From positions 1-43,189 of the forward strand of contig MEDY01000350.1 in NCBI GenBank assembly GCA_001724265.1: DNA of 43,189 nucleotides, in the 5' to 3' direction. The notes beneath the pieces were generated by a model. It had not been told where the DNA came from and made no database searches. It worked only from the letters and a program-made list of their open reading frames with translations. The stretch is from Rhizaria sp. SCN 62-66 (Eukaryota). Position 1 is the stretch's first letter. Each line of letters opens with the position of its first letter. Made by a program: the position numbers and the translations under genes. Positions 32,401 through 42,600 of the stretch are shown here, piece after piece.

Positions 32401-34918
32401 GCCGTCGTGGCTGCGGCAGCTGCTGCGGCTGTCAGGCGCCGAGCTGCGTGCGCTGAACCTCACGTTCGCTGATTTACCGCTTGACGTGCTCGAGCTGCTG
32501 TCGCCCGCGGCGGCTGGCGTCGCTGCGCTGACATCGCTCAGCCCTGACCTGGCTCTCAACAGCGCCGCGGGGGCATGCCCGGCGGATGGCGCCGGCGCGC
32601 ACGCTTCGGGCAGTGGCCTCGGCAACCGTGCTGCCGGCGCCGCGAGAGGGAGCTCAAGCAGCGGCAGCGGCGGTGCTGGCGCTGTAGGGCTCGGCTTCGG
32701 GCTTAACGGCCTCGGCGACGTGAATCGAGCTGCGGCGGCGATCGCTGAAGAGCCGGCGTGTCTCAGCGGCACCAACAGCAGCGGATGCTTCATGCTGCTT
32801 CCGCCCTCGGCAGCGCACGCATTGCTACGGATTCCTGTCAGCGCTCGTGCAGAGGCGTTTGGCACCAGCTCCACGGCGGACTCGCTCATGGCCTCGTCCC
32901 TTTACACGGATCTAAGTACCACGCCCGGTCACAGCGCTGCCTCTTATAACAACAACGGCAACAAAGCCAACGCCAACGGCAACGGTAACAGCCATCACAG
33001 TAGCTCTTTGTTGGCCACGAGCAATGCTAATTCGACGACAACAGCACATTACACTCTGTCTGTGAACGCAACCACGCGCACCATTACAGTGCGCCGGCTC
33101 GTTTCCCGTTACAGTCCAGCGCATATCTATTCGTATCCGCCGCCATTGATCGCGCACGCGCTGCCAGGACCTGGGCCTGGGCCACAGGTACGTACATCGA
33201 ACGCCCGCTATCTGTCAATGCCTATATGTCTGGCTAATTGAACTCTGGAATTGGTTTACTTTGTATGTCCATGTAATTGTTACGTTTATTGTAATTAATT
33301 TTGATTTTTTTCTATTTAACTTACTATTGTCCGATCTATCTGCTTTTGTGTTTTGTAGGGTCTGTCGGGCCTGACCGCGCCGTCAGCCACCCCGGCCCTT
33401 GCCGCGCCCATCTCCTGGGTTGCGGCCGTCGGGCCACGCCTCGCGCTCGGGGCAGCGGGCACCGCGGGCCTCACCCCGGTCTCTGTTAGGCTCTACGTCG
33501 CGCTGGCGTCGCTCTGGCACACTGTCGGTGCACGGGCGCCCGAGCTGGTCGCTCTGCGCGAGGGCTTCCACCAAATCGCAGAGGTACGTTCTTGACGACA
33601 ACAACCCACTCGATATTATCTCTATACTCTCTATCTGTCTTTCTGATGTGTTTCAAATGTTTATTGTGTATCACCTTATTTGGCGTGTCTGAAATCGAAT
33701 ACGCTCACTTATATCTGTGCATATTCCTTACACGACCGCTCCTTTTGTGTCATTTTGATTCATTTTGTGTAGATTTACCCGCTGGTGTCTGCGCTCGGCT
33801 GGCAGCGGCTTCGCGACGTCATCTGCGGCAGCGGCCCCGGCAGCGCCCTGCACGGCAGCAACGGCGGCGGCGGCGACGCCGGTGTCGTCGCAGCTGCCGT
33901 CGCCGCGGCGACCGCAGCAGCGGAGGCAGAGGAAGAGGACGAAGCTCAGCTGTGGCAGCAAGCGAAGCGTATCAGCTCGAGTGCGAGCAAGACGAGCTTC
34001 AAGATCAACGGGCAGTCCCGCGGCGGCCGTCGCTCCCGTCCCCACGACGACGGTGCGAATACACACGGCAAAGACGCTGGCGACAATCACAATGACGGCG
34101 ACAGCGACAGCTATCACCGTCGTCGTGACTTGACCGCTCGTTCTAATGCGAGGAGTATGAGTGTGAACGGCGGTAGCGGGCTTAAGGCTGACGACATTCT
34201 GCGCTGTATCGTCTTCTCTGAAGAGTGGTTCCGTCCCCACCCTCGTCCTAACATCACTAGCACCACGCATAGCAGTAACAACAACAAGGCTGCAACCAAA
34301 TTAGTTTTCTCCCAGACTCCCAAGCACTTAGTCGAGGTCATCAAAGAGCTTTCTCCGATCGACCTCCGCCGTCTCCTGCGTCTCTGCACATCCCTCACAG
34401 CCTTGCCATCAGCGCCCCTGTTGCAGCCGCCGCTGCCGCCCGCCGCCGCCACGGCCGCCGTCGCCGTCGCCGCCGCCGCCGCTGCTGCCCCGCCTGCCCT
34501 CGCCTTCCCAGTTCCTGCCCCCTTCGCGTTCGGCACGTCGGGCGCCGCGGCGGCCGCGAGTCCCAGCGCGGCCGGCTCGAACGCCGGCCACATCCCTGAC
34601 GGCAGCGCCAACGGCGGCGACGGGTTCGGACTCGGGCTAGGACTGGGACTCGGAGGGCTGGGCGGCGCCGCGGCGGCCTCGGCGGCCGCGGCGGCCGCCG
34701 CCGCCGCGGCGGCGGCTGGTGCAGGCGCCGCTGTGGCAGTGCCTGGGCGGGGGCTGTTGATCAGCGTGATTCGTACCGGTGACACGAGCAGGTTACCCGT
34801 GGGTCTCACGTGCTCCAACACGCTCAACTTGCCCGACTACGGCTCCAAGAGCGAGCTGCGGCGGAAGCTGCGGATTGTGCTCGACCATGTTGACGCAACG
34901 GGGTTTGGCTATATCTAA
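12430..34918 (+). CDS. Giant (~7,200 aa) low-complexity protein with a dispersed pseudokinase domain and a C-terminal HECT ubiquitin ligase domain; exons 12430-25173, 25324-28305, 28471-29386, 29549-33187, 33359-33583 and 33773-34918; one in-frame TAG (15286) and one apparent +1 frameshift (~32017)
   Basis: Five AT-rich GT-AG introns join the ORFs in matching phase, and kinase and HECT motifs appear in canonical order. Ends TAA TGA. Including 12430-15288 depends on readthrough or splicing of the TAG. Confidence 0.75.
23731..27522 (+). other. Protein kinase-fold domain (probable pseudokinase) split by long inserts and one intron
   Basis: LGGNGG...RVFVIEK (I/II-like, ~23740), VFADGDDIFIATQTPPLGTL (IV-V), LTALASLHRAGASHGNLHPGAV (VIa/b, 25111), PVLTDLRF (VII, 26422), FAAPEL (VIII, 26980), ADVWSYGMILY (IX, 27151) and DLLSKCLIVDPAQRATTDSLLQHPWF (XI). 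Confidence 0.88.
25174..25323 (+). other. Spliceosomal intron, 150 nt, phase 0
   Basis: CAG|GTCCGT...CTTCAG|GAC; AT-rich; contains the in-frame TAA at 25222. Confidence 0.85.
28306..28470 (+). other. Spliceosomal intron, 165 nt, phase 0
   Basis: GAA|GTACGT...TTCCTAACAG|TCG. Confidence 0.87.
29387..29548 (+). other. Spliceosomal intron, 162 nt, phase 1
   Basis: G|GTACGC...AACTATAG|GT; very AT-rich. Confidence 0.87.
33188..33358 (+). other. Spliceosomal intron, 171 nt, phase 0
   Basis: CAG|GTACGT...TTTTGTAG|GGT. Confidence 0.87.
33584..33772 (+). other. Spliceosomal intron, 189 nt, phase 0
   Basis: GAG|GTACGT...TTTTGTGTAG|ATT; reconstitutes the HECT LREGF...ICG segment. Confidence 0.88.
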
Positions 34919-35406
34919 TGAGGTAATTTTTAGAACCTATGCATGATCACGTGCTGTGTTGTTGTTCTTGCTATCCACGAAATGTCAACTCTCGACTTTA
35001 ATATTTTGAAAGTACACATAAGTTACAAAGGTCCTTTTTGATAGAACAGATCTTGTCTACAACTAATCCTACTTTGATTACTCACAGTTGTCTCACAACT
35101 GTCAACTGTGAGGTAAAATTTGCACAGATTACGCGAATTTGTTTGAATAACTTAATTCTCATATCATTAATACATACATATGTCCCAGTATTTTTACTCA
35201 TGTAGAGTTGTCGAAGAATGTATTCGCATGTTGGACGAGCATGCTTTGGTGACTCTATACGTCGTGTCTTCGGCCGACTGACCGACAAGCTGCTTGTTTA
35301 AGAATGACTACAATGTCCTACGCTGACGGACTTCGAGTTGCACTTATTGTTATAAGTACTACCGGTTAGTCGTGTTTATCGAAACAAAACGCTGCGCCTG
35401 TGGCGC

Positions 35407-35916
35407 ATGTTGCTTCATGGCGCGTTGTCGAGCCCAGCGCATACAAATGTGGCGACTATGATGACGTGCTCGCAGTCACTCTTGCCCTCAGATCGGGCAA
35501 CATGTGGCATGGAACGCGCATTCGTAGCCAACACAAAACTGGAGGCCCAGGACGAATGTCAGCGATCCGAGACAGCAACAAAGACATGGAAAGCGGAGGG
35601 CCAGAGATGTTGCCTTCACAAGGATGAGAGTGGAGCGGGCGAGATGATGTCCGAAACAATATTGGCTTGGGGTATGCCCAAAGAAGCAGCTTCCGCTTTG
35701 GAGGAGCGGGTGCCCGACCTGATGAGACTAGCACAGAGAAACATGGGAATTGAGAGGGTCCAAGTCCAAGGTGGAAAAGGTCGATTAGACCAATTCCATC
35801 AGTTTGTTCTGGGGAATTCCAGAACTCTGGAATTGCTCACAGTCACTTTTCCGAACAGACGAAACTTCACAGAGTGGAATATGCAACATACCTGCTATTT
35901 CTCACCTCTTTTGTGA
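35407..35916 (+). other. Unassigned 169-codon ORF of atypical composition; possibly a small gene or a decayed element
   Basis: ATG-initiated and purine-rich, without the low-complexity style of neighbouring genes. No family recognised. Confidence 0.2.
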
Positions 35917-36628
35917 CACTTTGCGCCCCTTCGCCCTTCGCGAAGGCACGCGCCAACCACTGACGTGACGTGTCGCACTTTCTTTCCCGGACCATTACGC
36001 GAGTATGTATCGCTTAAGAGAAACGATACGGATTTGTTTCAATATATCACTACATAATACATGTTATAAACGCGCCTTCGTCGTGATTAAACTATTAAGA
36101 CTATTTTAATCACGTGTTGTGTCATTTTGAAGAGCCAGAAGTTTGAAACACCTCGAGGCCCCCTTCTCGCTTTTTCATAGTTGTCTTACAAGCTGTCAGA
36201 GGCGCGCCGAGCCATCCTGGCAGCATTTCTTAATGAAACTATACATTTACATTCGGATCATTTCACTCAGTCTTGTTTTTGATATGTTTTTCTGTCTAAT
36301 GGGTCGTCGCAAATGCTGGACCTGTTTTCGGCCCGATTACTTAGCCGCCAAAAAAACGCCCCCGCCCCTCACCAGACTGCAGTCAAAACTCGACTGTCAC
36401 CTTGCAAAGCCCAATAGATCTCTGTATTTGTGCACTTAGCCGATGTCATTTTGTGAAAAACTTTTTGGTGACTTTTTCTATGCAATTTCTTTCTGTCACC
36501 TTCGTTCTTTTTTGTAGGCCCTTGATAGACGGACTTTTATACCCCCTCCTCCTCCGAGAAGTTTTTCTCCTTTTGGAACGCTTAACTGCGTTGTCCTGCC
36601 TCCCAGACACCACATAGTGGCGCTTATA

Positions 36629-39600
36629 ATGAAGCTGGCTTTTTCCAGGGTTATAACACGCCTAGTGGTTATTGTGGCACTTTGGTGCACGATATCTGCG
36701 GCCACCAGCGTTCCTCGAGCGAGCTACAAGGCCGAGCTTGTGCCCACTTCAACGACCAGCTACCCGAAATCTGGGTTTACATTGATCACTCTCGGCGTCA
36801 ATGTCACCGGCATCCCGAATGCCCAAGACATTCGCGTTGAGCCCTTTTGGTCGTGCGCATCATCAAACGCAGAAGACCACCTTGATGTTTCGAGCGTCTC
36901 AGCCTTCGCCAAGACCTCCAACTGTCCTTCCGTCCACAAGCGCTCTGAGTCAGCCTACCTGCTCTGTAACTCGGCGACATCAACCTGGTTTACTCTGCGC
37001 GGCATCCGCGTCAATCACAAAGCGCACAACTCTACAACCGCTCCGCTGTCGATCATTGCAGACTGCTTCCGGCTCCGCGTCGGCGGCATCAACGCTGTCC
37101 CAGCGCCTGAGCTCACCATCGGCCCGATGGCCGAGATCAACAGGCTCCTCGCGCTGCCACCGCCCGTCACAGCCTTCACAGTCACCCGCGCCGCCGTCTC
37201 GCTTGCGCCCGTGATCCGCTCGCCCTTCGAGGCCGCCATGAACGCCGTGCTCGACCTTGCCTTCACGCTGCCCTACGCGGCGGACGCTTACACAGAGCTC
37301 GGCATCGTGCTCGCCACCGACTCCGGCCTCGCTTTCCGCGACGACGCCACCGACCCGAACTCGGGCGCGGGCTCCGGCGCTAGCGATGGCGCCGGCGTTG
37401 GCTTTAGTGGCGTGCGCTTGAGTCTTGTGTCGGGCGATACAGACCACTTTCTCGACAGCTGCGTCACTAAGCGAGTCAGCAAGCACCGCATCAACCTCCG
37501 CTGCGTTGGGCTCACTGCGGGTGACTGGGTCTTCCGCCTCAACCCCGTCACGATTGCACCCGCCGCTCACAGCAACGGTGCTCTCTCGGCGCTGCCCGCG
37601 AACGCAGTCACGCTGGTGCTCAACAACAAACTCACGTACACTGCAACGAGAACGACGACAGCGACTGATAACACGGAGGGTGCTGTCACGCTGACTGAGC
37701 TCCCTGCCCTGTTCGAGGACGACAAGGCCGACTCTAACACCTCCAGTTTTGTCACTCTTGATCGCAGTACCGCGCGTCTCACCGTCTACACCGCTGCTCT
37801 CGCCACTGATCCTATTCTTGACATAGACACTAACTCTGTCGCAAACAATGCTGCGACGCGTGTCGCCCACGTGCGCATCGCTCCGACTCGCGACGCGCAG
37901 CGCCTGGCGCGCTGCAACGCGCTCGAGCTCGAGTTTACCCCCGCGCTGGCGCTCACTACGGTCGCGGACGCTGCGATCAAGGCCTCCGCGTCGCCGTTTC
38001 TGCGGCCTGTGTGCCGCGAGGCTCGCAGTGTCGACCACGGCTCTGTCGCTGTGTTGGCATGCGACGTGCCGGCGGTCGCGGCTGTGACCATGTTCGTAGT
38101 CGCGCTCACGGGCGTCCGTGAGAACCACAGCAACGGCAAGAGCACGAACGGCAACGAAGACGTGAGCGCGTGCTTTGACGTCGCCGTCACTGTCGACGAA
38201 GCGCCACCGTTGGCGAGCTCTCACAGTCACGCGAGCGGCGCGCGCGGACTGGGGATGAAGACGCAGGCCTTGGCACAGGCACGCGCGCAGGCACAGGCGC
38301 AGGCGCGAGTGGTGTCGTCGCAGCCGCTGGTAGACGCTGATTTTAAAATCGCCTGTGAGGCAGAGCAACAATTGTCGAATTCAACTGTGGTGAACATGTC
38401 GACTGCAGCCCTCAAGTCTGACAATGATAGCTATAATAGCGTTTCTGTTGCTGCAACAAAGCCGCATGGTCGGAAGTTTAAGACACTCTGTGGTGGTGGT
38501 GGTGGTAGCACTGTTACTCCTGAAATTGATGACACTGAAACGATTTATTTTTCTGTCATCCCGGAGTTCCAAAACGTGCGTGGCCTACGTCTGAGTGAAT
38601 TTTCGCGCATTGGTAAGCTATGGTTGTCTGTTTATCACTCGATATCGGGGAGTGCGCGCACAGTCAGTTTTGTTTCATCTTCCACTGCTACAACCCGGCT
38701 TAACTTCTCTTCAATCACGTCGGACTCTGTCTCGGGTGGCTGTACCTTAGACTCTCTTTCAACGTCAAAGATTATTCTAAAATCGTCGTCAGCTTATGGT
38801 GCGGCCGATCCATTTATATGCTATGTGGATAATGTCATCATCACATCGACAGTGCAGGAGATATCTTACACTATTGCGGCCAGTGATTTTTCGTTCACGG
38901 AGAGTACAGGAAGTGTTTCACCGACCGTGGCCCTGTCACTTGACTGCTGGTCTGCCTTCACGTTTAATTACGAGTATTTCCATGGTGGACCACCGCAAAA
39001 TTACTATTTCTCGCCCTATACGACAGCGAACTTTGCGTCCCGCTACACTAGTCGCACGTATTATTTGTATCTTGTTTTCCGCTTTATGCGTCTTGGAACC
39101 GCGCTTCCCAGCAGCACGACGACGATTACTATTACTGGAGCGTGTACTAGCATCTACGCACTACGATTATATGAATCCACGACCGACTTATCGTCGTACT
39201 CATTCACTTTTTCCACTTCTTCGAAGATGCCGACGACTGATACGCTTTATCTTCACGCGAAGGTTGGCGCCATTATCGGTCCTGTGCCAATGTCGTGCTT
39301 TTCCATTTATGATGTTGGTACATCGGCCACTCAGTCACCGACGTTGCCAACCGAAACCTGGGGCTTGTCGACGACGCCGGGCGCGTTTGTGTACCATGTC
39401 AACGGCGCAGCCGCTGTGAACACTGTTGACCAGCCCACAGCGACCATGATTTCCCTCACGCGCGAGTTCGGTTTCAATCCTTCGCTCGTGGGGACCCTTT
39501 CTACCTCACTGCTTACCGTGTCTATCGCAGGTTCAACCTGCTTTTGCCCGAGTCAATCTTCTGTCCTGGCTTCCGTTTCTACTGTGGGAACGTCCACCGC

Positions 39601-42600
39601 GGTCTCATGCAATATCGCCGCAACGTCGACAACAGTGGGCGTCACTCTCACGTGCCCTCCACTCTCGGGCTCGACGTGGAACATCTTTGCTATCACCTGT
39701 GTCGGCGGTTTTTCTCTCTCAGCGTTGGACTCGTGTCTTAGTAGCTCACTTATTGGCGCTGCGACGTTCAGCGGCACATATGCTGATGGCACGTCTTTTA
39801 CTCTCAGTGCCGCTGACCCTGTGACGATGGGTAATACCCCAGTCGGCTTCGCGACAGTGAAACTGAGCAAACGTGCTGCGTCGGCAGCAATTGTTACGAC
39901 TAATCCGGTTTCAACACCGACGACGGTGTTGGTAACGTTTTATCTCTACTACGTCAACTTACCCACTGGATCTAGTGGAATTGCGTTCAATTATGACTCG
40001 TCGTACTACTCGTACAGCTCGACCTCGATCACGTTTGGCTCGACCTATTTGTCGACAGGCTGCACAGTGAGCACGCAACTTAACATTACATGCAGCTCTG
40101 CATTTTCAAAACGCTATGACAGCGCGAGTAGTGATTATATCCCTAATTTTACCGCATCTATGCTTGAACCCAACGGTCTCAAAGCGGTGAATCCTCCTAG
40201 TTCCGCCCTCACTATCAGCTTGGGTGGCTCCTCTTATGGATCAGTGACAGGTATCTCGTGCGACCAAAGTGAGGTCCGATACGCGTATCTTGTCACTTCT
40301 GATGGTTACACACAGAGTGGCTCGACTTTTTATGACTCGATCAGGATTTTCTATTTGCCCCTCTCGCCCGCGGCATACGGCACGATGAATTTCTATTTGT
40401 CTACTCCGCCGAAACTCGACAGCACAGTCACATGGGTTGGCTCAACGACTAAGTCTGGCGTAACGCCCACGATCGCACAAGCATCGACCACTTCCGAAAA
40501 AATCACCATCACGAGCTCAATCTACGGCTACTACTCTGTCTGGACTGCTTCATCTGGTGTCAGCGTTACCTCCAGCGAAGCCGCATCCTACCCGAGCGGA
40601 TTTGATGGCAACTTCTACTATCTCGCGCTTGGCACTATGAATTTGACGGCATCTAGCGGCTCTGTTCTGGGTCCCTACGTTGACCAGAGTGTGGCCACAA
40701 CGTTCTCCTTTACCACGACCGCAGCCGCCGTGACGGGCTACACATCGGCGTCCAACCAGCGTACCATTACGGCCACGCTAACCGCAGTCATCGGTACGAA
40801 TGGCTCCTCGCGCATTTTGACGATTTCCGTGTTGGCGTCCTGTTCTCTGGACCTCTCTACCGCCACTGCGACGGGCACTTTGACCAAGACGGGCTCCGGG
40901 AGCACGTACATCTCGCTTACTGTCCCGGACTCGATCGCAAAGGGCATGACTGCCACGACATCGATTGCGGGCATGGTTGTAACCAGCACGGCTGGTGCCA
41001 CAACTTGGCCGTCGACAGCTCTTGCGACGAGTTGTTTTACCTCGCAAATCACAATCAGCGGCTCTGCTGTAGCCGGCACTGCGACAAGTGACAACACACT
41101 GCCACTGTTCCTTTCAGGCTCCCCGGTCACGTATAACTTCTTTGCGCCCGCGACCGTGGCTTTGAAGTTTACTGTACAGTTGTCGACGGCAACGTCAGTC
41201 TCGGCGCGCTTTACCCGCTATTATCATCTGTCACAGTTGACGATTATGTTTATTGCTTTGACTACAGGCACATCCGTGACTTACACGGTTGCAGCCACGT
41301 GCACAGGGTATTATTTTCTTGTCTCTGACGCTTATGTCAGCTCAACAACAGTCACTGTGTCGCACGCGTCAGCCCATGTTGTTTCTTCTTCATCCCTCTA
41401 CATTGCGATCGGCACTTAGTACTTGCCTTCGACGCTGCTTCTTAAGCAGAACTGTTTTACTATCACCGCCAGCAGCACCACCCTGACCGCAATCTACCCA
41501 AGTGCCACCGTGGCGATTGTGCGCCCATCGACATATGTCGCGATTAATCTTGCTTACGTCACGGCTCAAACGCTGACTAATCCCCCCGCGTCATCGACCT
41601 TCACGCCTAAGTACGATATCTACTTTTTGCCGGCGAGCGATGTCACGACGTCGAGCAAGATTACGTTTAAGGACTCACTCACGTGTGTGTGTAGCACCAT
41701 GACTGGTGTCTCACTCACCACGTCATCAGCAACGTCCAGTAGCTCAAACATCTTGGTGCCAACTATTTCGACGCAAATGGCGCTAAGCAACAGCACCGCG
41801 ACAACATTTGAACTTAAGAGCTCCGTGTCCAGTGCGGCCTTCAAGTGGATCATTTTTTCGCTTACGTGCCCGACTGGGATGACAATGACAGCGCTGCACA
41901 GCTGTTTCCCCACTCAGACCCCCCAAGCGCTGACCGTGACGATCGACAGCGAGTCGGCACAAACGTCGTATGATCCTCTCTATAACACCGGCAATCAAAT
42001 CTGTCATGCGTTCCGCTACGTCAGCCGCTCAACCAACTCGCCCGGTAGTTTGACCACAGATCTGGGAACGAACTCGATCGTCGTGAACAAACTACAGTTT
42101 GTGTTTTTCATCTTCACGCTCCCGAAGACGCAGTTCATAGTCACGATGAGCCTGCCTACGGGCCAGGTGACTTCTACGGCAGGCAAGGTGATTACCCCTG
42201 TGACGACGGCGCTGTCATCGCAGTGCACAGGGACTGCGACAGCGTTGAACTGCACACTCACGAGCAAGGATGTTGTCAACACGGTTGAGCTCGAAGGACT
42301 CACGGGCACTCTCAGTCAGACGAGCAACATGGCTAACGCAGGGCACATCACGCTTGCCTACACTGACGCAGTCGGCTATGGCATTCTTGCGTCGTACTAT
42401 GCCCCGGTGTCCGAGTACACTGGTCAGTATTTTGGCTTCCAAGCGTCTGCACGCAACCCAGTGAGTTTCTACGACTCAATCCGCTTTACACCCGTGTTTA
42501 TGATCGCGCCACTGCACCCCACACTCGCCGATGTTGCGACTGTGTACTATATCAACTACACCTGCTCCGGACTCACGGTCGACACGAGTGTCACACTTGT

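Larger units (their letters stand above)
30040..34918 (+). other. HECT E3 ligase domain, heavily interrupted by inserts; catalytic Cys codon at 34811-34813
   Basis: AADTGGVTADLLTVAFEQL (30070), FRAVGKLLFLSVYHG (~31060), LREGFHQIAE|IYPLVSALGWQRLRDVICG, LVEVIKELSPIDLRRLLRLCTSLTALP and RLPVGLTCSNTLNLPDYGSKSELRRKLRIVL...GFGYI*. Confidence 0.92.

Noticed and set aside
7533-33241. TAA/TGA readthrough between consecutive same-frame ORFs (7533, 25222, 28339, 29440, 33239)
   Set aside because: Each stop lies in an AT-rich block with a consensus donor and acceptor, so 3n introns explain them, unlike the two TAGs.
6283-33772. Introner-like (transposon-derived) intron family
   Set aside because: The introns are similar in length, but I saw no shared internal sequence, terminal inverted repeats or target-site duplications.
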